Source of the DNA: a virus
Taxonomy: Duplodnaviria > Caudoviricetes
Length of the DNA stretch: 64,000 bases
IMG/VR virus record: IMGVR_UViG_3300027415_000005
Location: 2,504-66,503 of that record
Strand: one strand, 5' to 3'
Part shown: positions 16,997 to 26,568 of the stretch, piece after piece
Layout: every line of letters begins with the position of its first letter
Position numbering within the stretch: position 1 is the first letter of the stretch
Notes under the pieces: model-generated
The model's database searches: none
What the model was told of the DNA's origin: nothing
What the model saw: the letters and a program-made list of their open reading frames with translations, nothing else
Program-made: the position numbers and the translations under genes

Positions 16997-18462
16997 CAGT
17001 TATAGGTGTCCGGCAGTGGCGGGCGTTGACCTTCCTCGGACGGATCCCAGGCGTAGGCCGAAGCGTCGAGGCTGATCAGATCGAACTTCACGCCGGTGAG
17101 CGCATTGCCGGCCATCAGGATTGAGCCGCGCATGATCGCGAAGGTCGTGTTGATACCGAAGGACGGCAGATTCAGGATCACGGTCGGCTCGCCGAATGCC
17201 GGCAGGGCGGAGGGCGACAGGCGCAGACCGGTGAGCCGGAACCGCGGGTTGCCCTTCGCCATCGCGATCTTCGCGAGTTGCCGCGACTGGCGATGCGAAG
17301 GCGCTCGGACGAAGCTATTCTCTGTCTCGATTACGCCCTGGATCGTTTGGGCTGCGACGTCATCCCAAGGGTCACCCTCGGTCGGCTGATAGTCGTGGAA
17401 GGGCGAGAGGTAGGTGTGCTTGATCCGCGTGAAGGTGTTGTAGGCCTCGTCACCCTCCTCGAGCTGATCCCAGCCGAAGATCATGCTCTCGTCGATGGTG
17501 AAGGTCGGCGCCTGCCAGCGGCCGCCCCGGACGGCCACCAAACCGCCAGCGTCTTGGTAGAGCTCACCGTCCATCGCCGCGAGGAGGCGACCCAGCACGT
17601 CGGATCGCTGCTCGGAATAGTCGTAGCTGCCCCAAGACCGGTAGCGCATCTCGGAGGTGGCGCCGTTCGGATCTGGCGTGATCAGCGGCACCATCTGATC
17701 GCAGACATCTGCGAGATCCCGGAAGCTCTGGAGGTTGATCTCCGCGAGCGCCAGGCCGTAGCCGCTCTCGTGCGTCAGGTAGTCGAGCAGCAAGATCGCG
17801 GCGTTGTCCGTGTAGGCGTAGCCACCCGTCCGCGGGTCGTAAGAGGGCGCGCCAGCCACCAGCAGCCGAACGTCTGGCGCGCCTTCGGGGAAAACTTGCG
17901 TCCCCTTCCGCAGAGGGTTCGCCACCGTCACCGTGTAGCAAAGCCCGTTAAGCTGCATACTCGCGTTCCAGTAGGGCAGCTTCAGCAGCGCGGCAGAGGC
18001 CGCCTGATTGTCGGCCCCGTTATGGGCCTCAATCGCCACCTTCCCCTGATAGGCGCTGTCCGGAACGATCCCGCCGACCTGACCGGTCAGGCTCGTTTTC
18101 ACGTCGCCGAAGTAGTACTGCAGGATGTTGACCTGACCCACACAGTGGATCGCCCCGCGATAGAGCGTTCGGATCTTGTCGTCGTCCCCGCCCTCCATCT
18201 TCACCGTTTCGAGGGCGAAGATCACGCCGCCCATCATGCCTTGGCCGAGCACACGGCGGCGCGGCGCCACGGCCTGCCGGACCGTGATCTGGGCGTTGTT
18301 CTGCTTCTCGGCCCCGAGGAGCGCCTGGGCGCCGTACTGCAAGCCCAGAGCGCCGACGGTCAGCGCGGTGTAGCCGACGATCTCGCCCGCCGTGATGCCG
18401 GCGACGATGATCTCTCCCGCGAGCGCCTGCCCGAGGATAGCCGCTCCGACCGCCGCCGGCAT
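16996..18462 (-). CDS. Tail tip / baseplate hub protein (488 aa)
   Basis: RRRVLGQ..MGG, YTDNAA..LLDYL, LL.AMDG, WQAP motifs. Confidence 0.8.
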   Translation of the reverse strand: MPAAVGAAILGQALAGEIIVAGITAGEIVGYTALTVGALGLQYGAQALLGAEKQNNAQITVRQAVAPRRRVLGQGMMGGVIFALETVKMEGGDDDKIRTLYRGAIHCVGQVNILQYYFGDVKTSLTGQVGGIVPDSAYQGKVAIEAHNGADNQAASAALLKLPYWNASMQLNGLCYTVTVANPLRKGTQVFPEGAPDVRLLVAGAPSYDPRTGGYAYTDNAAILLLDYLTHESGYGLALAEINLQSFRDLADVCDQMVPLITPDPNGATSEMRYRSWGSYDYSEQRSDVLGRLLAAMDGELYQDAGGLVAVRGGRWQAPTFTIDESMIFGWDQLEEGDEAYNTFTRIKHTYLSPFHDYQPTEGDPWDDVAAQTIQGVIETENSFVRAPSHRQSRQLAKIAMAKGNPRFRLTGLRLSPSALPAFGEPTVILNLPSFGINTTFAIMRGSILMAGNALTGVKFDLISLDASAYAWDPSEEGQRPPLPDTYN

Positions 18463-18869
18463 CAGACGCTCCAGGCCACGACGGTCGGGTACTGATCGAC
18501 CGCGATGCCCTCGGGGCTCTTCACCGCCCAGCCGATGCGGCAGCGGACGGCGAACACAGGCCCGACCACCGGGTGCTCGACGAGGCCGACGTCGCCCGGC
18601 CGCGGCGCATCCGTCGTCGCGAAGCCGCACCCGGCCATCAGCTTGCGCGCCATCGCCTCGAAGCCGCCGAGGCGCCGGACGTGCCGCATCGCGCCGAGAG
18701 CCGTCCGGTAGCGACCGCGGAGGCTCGCCGCAGGGTCGACGCCGCGGGTCTTCCGACACCAGTCCGCCATGAACAGCGAGCAATCGATCTCGCCCCAGAC
18801 GAACGTCGCCCCGGCGCCGGCGCGCAAGAAGGCGCTCAAGTCTCGCTCTCGGGGATCTCGGGATTCCAA
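18462..18869 (-). CDS. NlpC/P60-like (DUF6950) tail protein
   Basis: FVWG..DC..FMADW...GVDPA..LRGRY. Confidence 0.8.
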   Translation of the reverse strand: MESRDPRERDLSAFLRAGAGATFVWGEIDCSLFMADWCRKTRGVDPAASLRGRYRTALGAMRHVRRLGGFEAMARKLMAGCGFATTDAPRPGDVGLVEHPVVGPVFAVRCRIGWAVKSPEGIAVDQYPTVVAWSV

Positions 18870-19420
18870 GGCCGTCTCCGGTTGATCATCTGCGGAATGT
18901 CGAACAGGCCGTTGTCGCCGGGGTAGCGGCGCTGCTGGTCGGCGTGTGTGAGGTTGCCGAAGGGTGGCAGTCCGCGGCGCGAGAACTTGGTCTCGGCGGT
19001 GAGCTGCGCGGTCCAGGTGTTGGCGTCCGCAGCGCTATGGATCAGGCGGTCCATCACGCCGCGGTAGAGCGTGTAGAGCCCGCCGAGCGGCACGAGGCCG
19101 GGCCCGTAGAGCTGAAGGTAGACAAAGCAGTCCCGGCCCTTCACCTCCGCCTTGGCGTTCACAACGTCGTTGGCGATCTCTGGGCCGACGCCGCTGAGCG
19201 TGAAGGTCACGAGTGGCGCGACGCCTCCGACGGCGCTCTCGATGTCCGAGACCGAGCCGAGGCCGCCCATGCCCTGCCAGGTGAATCCGCCAGCCGCGAG
19301 CGGGCCGAACCCGCCGTGCACCCGCTGCGGCGCCGTCTTGAAGTCGAAGAACGCGAGGATCTCCGCGGTGATCGTGTCACCGCACAGAGCCGCCGCGCCG
19401 GCTGCATCAAAGATGCCCAT
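18836..19420 (-). CDS. Minor tail protein
   Basis: RVHGGFG.L..GG.TWQG.G; D Q..RYPGD; follows the tape measure gene. Confidence 0.75.
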   Translation of the reverse strand: MGIFDAAGAAALCGDTITAEILAFFDFKTAPQRVHGGFGPLAAGGFTWQGMGGLGSVSDIESAVGGVAPLVTFTLSGVGPEIANDVVNAKAEVKGRDCFVYLQLYGPGLVPLGGLYTLYRGVMDRLIHSAADANTWTAQLTAETKFSRRGLPPFGNLTHADQQRRYPGDNGLFDIPQMINRRRPWNPEIPESET

Positions 19421-22400
19421 CAGCTGACACGGCCGAAGCGGCGCTGAGCAACAGCCTGCCGCTGCACCATCGTCCGGTCACGGGCGCTGTTGTTCATCTG
19501 CAGCGCCTGGAAGATCGAGGCCTGAACCTGTCCTTGCGTGAGCGAAGAGCCACGAAGATCGAGATTCCAAGTGTCGCCGGCGCCCTGGGGCGCAGGCGTG
19601 TTCACATTCGCTGCCGGCACGGGCGGAACCGGGCCAGAGATCTGCGGCATGGCCACGAACCCGCCATCGGCGTAGCCGCGCAGCCCGCTGATCCCGTCGA
19701 AGAAGCTCCGCCCGTAGCTCTTCACCACGTGCGCCGGCATCACATACTCGCCAGCATGGACGATGCCGGCCGGCTGGTACTTCCCGCCGTCGCCCGTGTA
19801 ACCGCCCTCGGCAAACCCGAAGAGCTTGCTGAGCGGCCCGCCACCGCTCTTGAACAACGAGCCCACCAGCGAGTCGAGGACACCGCCCAGGAGCCTGTCG
19901 CTGATCCTGCTAAGCGCGCTGCTGAAGGCCTTGGCCGCGTCACCACCATGCGACAGCGCCGTGGCGAAGTCGGTGGCCGCGCTGGTGAGGGTGGACCGAG
20001 CGTCCGTCAGGTACTGGTTCTGCCGAGACTGGTCGATCACCGCGACGGCGGCCGGCGAAGTGGTATCGCCCACCGTGGACCGGGCGCGGGCGAAGGCGCT
20101 CTGATCGTAACGGTCGCGCCCGAGCTGCTCCCGGTCGAAGCCGATGTCACTGGCGAACTGCGTCAGCCGCACCTGCTGCGCCGCGGTCGCCGTCTGCTGA
20201 GCCAGTCCCTTCACCGAGGCGGCCAGCGCGTCATTCGCCGGCACGCCCGCGTCGAGGAGGGCGTTGTAGCGCCGGGACGCCTCGGCCGCAGCCTCAAGCG
20301 CCAGCCCGTTCTTCCCATAATTCTGGGTCATGTTCTGGAGCTGCTGCTGCTGATCGCGCAGCGCCCGCTGGTACTGGTCCTGCTCGCGGATCTGCGCCCC
20401 GGTGGACGGGTCACCCATCTGGCCGGCCCGCCGGAGCACGTCGGCGGCATAGGCTTGGTTCGCCGCCGGGCTCTGGCTGCCATAGTAGTTCTGGATCGCC
20501 TTGTTCAGGTCGCCGCCGGCCTGATCCAGCTTCATTGACAGCACGCCCGCGATGCCGGCGGCCCCCTGGCTGGGGTCGGTGCGATCGAACGTCGGCGGCA
20601 GGTAGCCCAGACGAACAGCTTCCCGGGCCGTACCAACCGTGACCTGACCGAGGCCATAGGCGGTCGATGCCGGCAATCCGGTGCGGGGATCGATGACCTT
20701 GGTCTGCCCGATGTTCGGGTTGCCGCTCGACTCCTTGTCCGCGATGCCGGCGATGATGTTGGCCGGGATCCGCCCGAACTGCTGGGCCGCGCCGATGATC
20801 TGCTGCTGCACCGCCGCCGACATGCGCGAGAAGGCGCCACCGATCTGATTCTGCTGGAGGGTGGTGTTCTTCTCCAGGTTCTGGAACAGAAGCTGCCGCT
20901 CGGTCTCGATCGACTGCATCTGCTTCTCGAACGCGGACTGATCCGTGTTCGTGGAGGCGTTGCGGAGGGCGTCGAGGCGCTTGTTGGCCGCGTTCTCGTT
21001 GATCTGGGCGGCAGTCTGCCCCTCCTGCGTGAAGCCGATGGTGCGCTGCTGGAACTGCGCGGCCCGGATCGCATCGGCATAGGACGAGCCGCCAGCCTCC
21101 ATGTCCGCGCGAAGCTGCTTGGCCTGGGCGAGCAGCCCCTCCATCGCGCGCCGGGCGTTGCCTTGCTCGTCAAAAGGGATCTTCGAGAGGTTCGTGGCGA
21201 TGTCCTTGGCCTGATCCTCGATCCGCTTGAGCTGCTCGCTGAAGGGGTTGAGCGACTTGACGATCTCACCGATGCGCAGGCTGGTCTGGTTCGCCTGGGC
21301 CTGCGCGCTCGCCGCCTGAAGCTTCCGCTGCTGCTCGAGCAGCTTTTCGAGCTCCGACTGAAGGGCCGGTCGGGTGCTGCTGAACCGCTCCAGGAAGCCC
21401 GGCGGAGTGGCCAGCACCTTCTGCAGATCCGCGATCTTGGTCTCCAGATCGCCGCCGGTGACGAAGTGGTCGACGGCCTGGCCGACCCGGTCGAAGGCGT
21501 TGGAGATGGTAGCGCCGGCCGCAGCGGTCACTCGCGCCCAGCCGCTCGTCAGCTCCGTCGCGCTGGTGAGCCCCGTCCGGTAGGCGTCGAGGAGCGCCTT
21601 CTGCGCGCCCAGCCGATCACCCTGCGCGGCGAGGCGCTGGATGTTCTCCCGGGTGGTGTCGTTCAGGACCGCGAGCTGCTTGTCGAGGATGTCGGCGCCG
21701 CGGGCCGGATCCGCGAATGCCTCAGCGAGTGCCTTGGTCGCGGAGGGCACGTCCTGACCCGTGGTCGCCGCATAGTCCTTCACTGACCCGATCAGGCCAC
21801 CGTACACCTCGGTGCCGATCTTGCCCGTGGCGGCGAACTCGCCCGCCATCTCCCGTGCCGACCGGACCGAGACATTCCCAGCGGCGGCGCTGGCCGACGC
21901 GATGGCGTTGATCTGGCCGACAGTGGCCCCCGAGGCGCGACCAACGCCGGTGAGGTTCTGCGCCAGCGCCATCTGCGTCGAGGCGTAGGACTGGAATGCA
22001 GCCACGCCAGCCAGCACCGCCGTCGTCACGACACCGAACGCGCCCCCGACGAGCCCGATCCGCGTCGCAAGGCTGGACGCGGCCTCACCCGCCTGGGTGA
22101 AGGCGCCCCTGATGCTCGCTCCGCCCGGGCCACCGAACACCTGCGCGATCTGCGGTCCCTGCTGGAACGCAACCGTCGACAGGTTGCTGCCGCTGCCGAT
22201 CGAGGAGACGATGTCGCCCGCCTGATAGGCCAGGTTCTGGACCTGATCGGCACGGAGTCGGCGGTTCTCGTTCGCAGCGGCAGGGGCGCCGCCTCCACCG
22301 AGCGCGCCAAGGCGCCGGCTGGCCTCGATGTTCTCCAGCACCTTGGCGCCCTGGTCGCCGAGCCCGCGCCACGCCGCCTGAATGTCCCGGGCCGATCGCT

Positions 22401-22752
22401 GTGCTGCCGTCGCGACCGTCCCGTAGCGCTCCTGCAGCATTGTGATGGTGCGGGCGTGCTCCGTCGCCGAGATGGCAGCCTGCTCGAAGGCGCGATCAAC
22501 CGTCCGCGTGGCTCGCTCAAGCATCTGCTGCTGCCGAACCATCGGGTCGATCTTGGCCAACAGCCGGTCATAGGCGCCCGCGGCGCTCAGCGTGCGGCGG
22601 CTGGCGACCTCCGTCGTGACGCTGGCGGCCTCCGCGGCATCGCCCATGCGGGTCTGCGCGGCGGCAACAGCATCCGCATCGGAGCGCACCTTCTCGGCGC
22701 CCTCGGAGCGGTACTGCACCGTGATCCGGCGGATGGATTCGATTGTCGGCAT
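19420..22752 (-). CDS. Tape measure protein with lytic transglycosylase (SLT) domain
   Basis: 1110 aa, helical; QNLAYQ.GD..S...G...QQGPQI motif; KESSG.P...AYGLGQ...A..NY. Confidence 0.92.
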   Translation of the reverse strand: MPTIESIRRITVQYRSEGAEKVRSDADAVAAAQTRMGDAAEAASVTTEVASRRTLSAAGAYDRLLAKIDPMVRQQQMLERATRTVDRAFEQAAISATEHARTITMLQERYGTVATAAQRSARDIQAAWRGLGDQGAKVLENIEASRRLGALGGGGAPAAANENRRLRADQVQNLAYQAGDIVSSIGSGSNLSTVAFQQGPQIAQVFGGPGGASIRGAFTQAGEAASSLATRIGLVGGAFGVVTTAVLAGVAAFQSYASTQMALAQNLTGVGRASGATVGQINAIASASAAAGNVSVRSAREMAGEFAATGKIGTEVYGGLIGSVKDYAATTGQDVPSATKALAEAFADPARGADILDKQLAVLNDTTRENIQRLAAQGDRLGAQKALLDAYRTGLTSATELTSGWARVTAAAGATISNAFDRVGQAVDHFVTGGDLETKIADLQKVLATPPGFLERFSSTRPALQSELEKLLEQQRKLQAASAQAQANQTSLRIGEIVKSLNPFSEQLKRIEDQAKDIATNLSKIPFDEQGNARRAMEGLLAQAKQLRADMEAGGSSYADAIRAAQFQQRTIGFTQEGQTAAQINENAANKRLDALRNASTNTDQSAFEKQMQSIETERQLLFQNLEKNTTLQQNQIGGAFSRMSAAVQQQIIGAAQQFGRIPANIIAGIADKESSGNPNIGQTKVIDPRTGLPASTAYGLGQVTVGTAREAVRLGYLPPTFDRTDPSQGAAGIAGVLSMKLDQAGGDLNKAIQNYYGSQSPAANQAYAADVLRRAGQMGDPSTGAQIREQDQYQRALRDQQQQLQNMTQNYGKNGLALEAAAEASRRYNALLDAGVPANDALAASVKGLAQQTATAAQQVRLTQFASDIGFDREQLGRDRYDQSAFARARSTVGDTTSPAAVAVIDQSRQNQYLTDARSTLTSAATDFATALSHGGDAAKAFSSALSRISDRLLGGVLDSLVGSLFKSGGGPLSKLFGFAEGGYTGDGGKYQPAGIVHAGEYVMPAHVVKSYGRSFFDGISGLRGYADGGFVAMPQISGPVPPVPAANVNTPAPQGAGDTWNLDLRGSSLTQGQVQASIFQALQMNNSARDRTMVQRQAVAQRRFGRVS

Positions 22753-22796
22753 CAGGGATCCGTGCGAATCCGCGTCAGGCCGCGAGGGAGAAACGC

Positions 22797-23018
22797 ATGA
22801 AGTGGGTCCTGCTGTGGGTCACGTTGGCCGGGAACGGCACGGTCACGAGCGGGTCGGCTGAGTTCGACACCGTGGATGCCTGTTTCGCGGCCCAGCGGGC
22901 ATACGGCGGGCTGACCTTCGACGTGGGGCAAAGCCGGCTGGCCTCGCCGTCCACGGAGTCGACCTGCGTCAACACCGGGACAGGCGAGAAGCGCAGCGCG
23001 ATCAAGCCTCGGTCGTAG
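22797..23018 (+). CDS. Small exported-type moron protein, antisense to the tail operon
   Basis: GAGGGAG Shine-Dalgarno; [12 protein letters not shown]; two Cys. Confidence 0.7.
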   Translation: MKWVLLWVTLAGNGTVTSGSAEFDTVDACFAAQRAYGGLTFDVGQSRLASPSTESTCVNTGTGEKRSAIKPRS

Positions 23019-23433
23019 AGGCGGGCTTCTTGGCGTGCTTCCGGAAGAGGCCGCGGAGGCCCTTCACGTCCGTCATGGGGGTCTGGTTCACGATCTCATT
23101 CGGGCCACGCGGGACCCGCTGGCCGAGGTACTCCGCATCCATCTCGCGCATCACGGCGAGGAACCAGGCGTAATCGTCTGGGTCCACGATGCCGTGGTCG
23201 CGAGCGAAGGTTCTGATGGATGTCGCTGGGATCCGGCCCTCGGCGCCAAAGCCCAACTGCCGGTCTGTGGTAAGCTCCCAGAAGGCGTGCCAGAGGAACT
23301 CGGCGCCGGAGATCAGGAGCGGGCGTTCCAAGTATTCCTCTGGCAGCGGGTGCCCTTCAGCCTCTAACCGGCGGATGTGCTTTGCTTGCGGCGCCCACTC
23401 GGTTTGCCACCGGAGGCAGGCGAGGAGTTTCCC
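23002..23433 (-). CDS. Tail assembly chaperone, frameshifted C-terminal segment (lambda T-like)
   Basis: The -1 frame is open from the slippery site to 23002 (KLLACLRWQTEW...AFWELTTDRQLGFG). Confidence 0.8.
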   Translation of the reverse strand, partial: GKLLACLRWQTEWAPQAKHIRRLEAEGHPLPEEYLERPLLISGAEFLWHAFWELTTDRQLGFGAEGRIPATSIRTFARDHGIVDPDDYAWFLAVMREMDAEYLGQRVPRGPNEIVNQTPMTDVKGLRGLFRKHAKKPASTTEA

Positions 23434-23849
23434 ACCACGGCCTCGACCCGGTCCGACTCGGCCTCCTCGACCTCGCCGGCGGCGAAGGCGACAGCCTCAC
23501 GAAACGGCCGGAGGTCCGGATCCAGCAGGAGATCCATCGCCTGCTCCTTCGAGAACGGGAGCGGCTTGTCGTTGTCGTCGGTCAGCCCATCCCAGTCCAC
23601 CAGGATGTGCTCGACCATGCCGCGGAGCAGGAGGGTGTCGCGAGCCTTCTGCTTGAGCGCGCCGTCGCGCCGGCCGCCCTCACGCTGATCGCGCGGCACG
23701 GCAGCCACCTCGCGCGCCATGAACGCGGCATAGTCGGAGTTGCTGAAGCCGCGGACCCGAAGGCGGAGATCGCCCATGCCCGGTATGTCCTTGACCCAAG
23801 CCCCCTGCTCGGCGCGAGTCGAATTGATCTTGAGGCTTGAAAGTTTCAT
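23364..23849 (-). CDS. Tail assembly chaperone (lambda G-like)
   Basis: Between the major tail and tape measure genes; LVDWDGL..D....LPFS. Confidence 0.85.
   Translation of the reverse strand: MKLSSLKINSTRAEQGAWVKDIPGMGDLRLRVRGFSNSDYAAFMAREVAAVPRDQREGGRRDGALKQKARDTLLLRGMVEHILVDWDGLTDDNDKPLPFSKEQAMDLLLDPDLRPFREAVAFAAGEVEEAESDRVEAVVGNSSPASGGKPSGRRKQSTSAG
23427..23433 (-). other. -1 programmed ribosomal frameshift site G GGA AAC
   Basis: X XXY YYZ heptamer in the correct phase; joins the two chaperone frames. Confidence 0.85.
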
Positions 23850-23922
23850 GCGTCACCTATGCTCGTCGGGGAAGCTCCCGCGGCCGGGTGGTCAGCCCGA
23901 CGCGCGAGGATGGTGAGGGCGA

Positions 23923-24408
23923 TCAGGTCGGGTCGACCTCCACGATCGCGGAGTCGATTCCGAGCGTGAAGGCGCGGCGAATTACATTGTCCGAGCTGCC
24001 GACGTTACCGCGCTTCGACATCACCAGGGCGCGGAAGTAGTCGATGCCGTCGGTGCCGGTTGGGGTCAGGCGATCCGGGTAGACCACCTTGAACGCGAAC
24101 TTGTTATTGGTCGCCTCTGCCGCGATCAGAGCCTTCTGGCCAGCATCGGTAGCGACACGAGCCACGGTGAGGGCGAGATCGCCCGCGTCGCGGATGCCCT
24201 TCGCCTTGCGCTGACGGCCGTCGTTGAGCGAGGCGAAGTTGACGGTGCTCGACTGATCACCGAACTCGCCGAGGCTCTCGACCATTCCGACCTCGACCCA
24301 GCTACCGTCGGGAATTGCTTCATATTCGGTCTGTGTGTCCACGGTCGGCAGAACAGCAGGCCCGATGAAGATTTTCGAACCAGTTGCGGTGGTGATATCG
24401 CCTGCCAT
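23923..24408 (-). CDS. Major tail tube protein
   Basis: W.EVG.VE.LGEFGD....V.F..L..GR..K.KG..DAG. Confidence 0.85.
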   Translation of the reverse strand: MAGDITTATGSKIFIGPAVLPTVDTQTEYEAIPDGSWVEVGMVESLGEFGDQSSTVNFASLNDGRQRKAKGIRDAGDLALTVARVATDAGQKALIAAEATNNKFAFKVVYPDRLTPTGTDGIDYFRALVMSKRGNVGSSDNVIRRAFTLGIDSAIVEVDPT

Positions 24409-24479
24409 AACTCTCTCCAGAGATCAGGCCACTGCGGGCCTCGAAGAACCTCGCCCGCAGCGAGGATCACAGCACCGGC

Positions 24480-24941
24480 TCAGGCGTAGAAGCCCGCGTC
24501 GTCGGTGAAATAGAAGTGGTAAGGCACGCTGAACGACACCGGGAAATAGTTACCCTGATCGTTGCGATCGTCGATGATCGGCGTTGACGGCACCCAGGTC
24601 TGCACGCCGTCGAACTTCTTGCTGCGGAAGATTGCAGCCAGCATGTCCGTGAGCCGAAGCCCATCCTGCACGCCGAGTCCGCGCTGCGCGTTCACGATCA
24701 GGCGGATCGTGCCCTCCTCCCGGTAGTGCCGGGCGGCCAGATCCATCTGCGTGACGTTTGCGATCGGGTATTGCACTTCGGCGAACACGCTGCCGTCCTC
24801 GGGCACGTCACCCTGGAGGTTGATCCCGAAGACCGGGCAGCCCGGCAGGTTCACCGCGGCGCGCGCCAGGATCATCTCCGGCGAGCCCCACAGGGTATCG
24901 AGCCGATGCTCAACGGCATCGACGACGGCCTTTTGCGGCAT
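24480..24941 (-). CDS. Tail terminator-like protein
   Basis: Position; G.I.L.V...RG.G motif. Confidence 0.7.
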   Translation of the reverse strand: MPQKAVVDAVEHRLDTLWGSPEMILARAAVNLPGCPVFGINLQGDVPEDGSVFAEVQYPIANVTQMDLAARHYREEGTIRLIVNAQRGLGVQDGLRLTDMLAAIFRSKKFDGVQTWVPSTPIIDDRNDQGNYFPVSFSVPYHFYFTDDAGFYA

Positions 24942-24944
24942 GGA

Positions 24945-25220
24945 TCAGGCGGCCTTGAACTCGGTGCCGTCGGCGAAGGTGATACTCGCGACGTCCATAA
25001 TGACGCCCGACCCGGGGTCGATCATCTGAAAGTGCGGCCGGCCCTCCACCTCAAATTCCATCAGGGCGAGCCGCAACTCGACGCGGATCAAATCATCCGC
25101 CCCGAATTCAGGAATGGCGATCCTCTCGACACCATGGACCTCGGCGCCGCTCTCGGCATCCACCACACGGGTGCCAAATCCCATGCCGCCTTGCGAGGCG
25201 ACCTTCACAGACTTGATCAT
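24945..25220 (-). CDS. Small hypothetical inserted in the neck cluster
   Basis: 91 aa from ATG 25220; coupled spacing on both sides. Confidence 0.55.
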   Translation of the reverse strand: MIKSVKVASQGGMGFGTRVVDAESGAEVHGVERIAIPEFGADDLIRVELRLALMEFEVEGRPHFQMIDPGSGVIMDVASITFADGTEFKAA

Positions 25221-25222
25221 GG

Positions 25223-25927
25223 CTACCTGCCCGGGTCGATGATGATGGCCGGCTGACGGGTCAGCCAGTCGGAATGCCGGTCTGGCCGTCCGCCGCGGAC
25301 GCGCCGTGCGAGCGCTGCGGCCGAAGCCGTCTGCGCCCACGCCCCAACAGCGCCGGCCGGCAGGGAGCGGTAGCCGAAGCCGACATAGGCGACGTTGCCG
25401 TAGCGCCGCTTCGCCAGGACCGCGACGCCCTCATAGACACCATCCGGCGCCTGCGGGCTGAGGCCGCGCTCGATCTTCCTCGCATATGGAGTAGCGTTGA
25501 CGACGGCGTACTGCTCGGCCGGCGGCGGGTTGTACGGATCGGTGAACTCGACACCGTCCGCGAACCACACGTGGCTCTCGTTGTAGCGAGTGCCCGCCGC
25601 CTTCGCCCGGCTACCCACCGGCGAATGGATGATGAGTTGCTCGTCCACGTACTGGATCACGTCGAGCAGCAGGTGGAATTCGAAGGCGACGATGCTGTTC
25701 GCCTTCACCCCGGACAGGTCGGTGCGCTGGGCGCCGTCCACGAAGGTGTCATGCGTCGGGACGTAGCCGAGGGCGGCCTTGTTGGTCGCCTCGGCCTCCG
25801 CCAGTGCCTGCTGCGCTGTAGCCCGAAGCTGCTGCGCCTGCGCCTCGTCGGACAGATCCTCTCTCAGGATTAGCGCGATGTCCCTCTCAATCGGGTCGAT
25901 CTTGGTCGAGGTGCGAGCCGTCGCCAT
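25223..25927 (-). CDS. Neck/tail completion protein (HK97 gp10-like)
   Basis: SPV.S......Y..SH; N.TPYARKIERG.S.QAP.GV. Confidence 0.75.
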   Translation of the reverse strand: MATARTSTKIDPIERDIALILREDLSDEAQAQQLRATAQQALAEAEATNKAALGYVPTHDTFVDGAQRTDLSGVKANSIVAFEFHLLLDVIQYVDEQLIIHSPVGSRAKAAGTRYNESHVWFADGVEFTDPYNPPPAEQYAVVNATPYARKIERGLSPQAPDGVYEGVAVLAKRRYGNVAYVGFGYRSLPAGAVGAWAQTASAAALARRVRGGRPDRHSDWLTRQPAIIIDPGR

Positions 25928-26568
25928 CAGGCGCCGCTCGCCTGGATGTCGTAGGCCAGTAACTCGCCCCCAACCCGGTGAGTGCTGTCGTCCACCGCTT
26001 CGACGGTGAGGGTGCGCCCACGAATGACGAGTCGGTCCGTCGAACCGTTCTTGATCGGCACCGGGAAAGCTGCAGCCGCGACGTCCGGCGCGAACAGGAA
26101 CACCCGGCGGTTGCCCTGGATCACGCCGCTGGCGAGTTCGTCGGGCTGGAAGCCAGTGACGATGGCCCGGACCTGCGCGTCAATCGGTGCGCCCTGGCCG
26201 AGGCGCCGCAGCGTGATCATCTCGCCGCGGCCGTCCATCAGATCCTCGTAGAGGTCCGCCGTCAGCGCGCTCTGCACCTCGATATCGAGATCGTCCTCGG
26301 TCCGGGCAGGCGTCTTCACGGTGATGATCTGGAGCACCGCGTCGCCCATCCGCACGCGGTCGCTGGTCTTCAGCGTGATCGCGAGCTCGCTGTTGCGGAC
26401 CGTCAGCCGGCCGCTCTTGCCCCAGAGCTGAAGGCCGCCGTAGCTGATCGTCGTCGGGCGCTCGAAGCTGTACGCGGCCCACTGCCAGTCGCCGTAGGCC
26501 TGATACTCTCCAGCGACGCGGCGCAAGAACTGCACCTGCTGGTTCATGGGGCCGGCAGCAGCGGGCAT
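25927..26568 (-). CDS. Head-closure/head-tail joining protein
   Basis: C-terminal half GE.ITLRR...VRA.V.GF.P.EL..G..QG.RRV. Confidence 0.65.
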   Translation of the reverse strand: MPAAAGPMNQQVQFLRRVAGEYQAYGDWQWAAYSFERPTTISYGGLQLWGKSGRLTVRNSELAITLKTSDRVRMGDAVLQIITVKTPARTEDDLDIEVQSALTADLYEDLMDGRGEMITLRRLGQGAPIDAQVRAIVTGFQPDELASGVIQGNRRVFLFAPDVAAAAFPVPIKNGSTDRLVIRGRTLTVEAVDDSTHRVGGELLAYDIQASGA

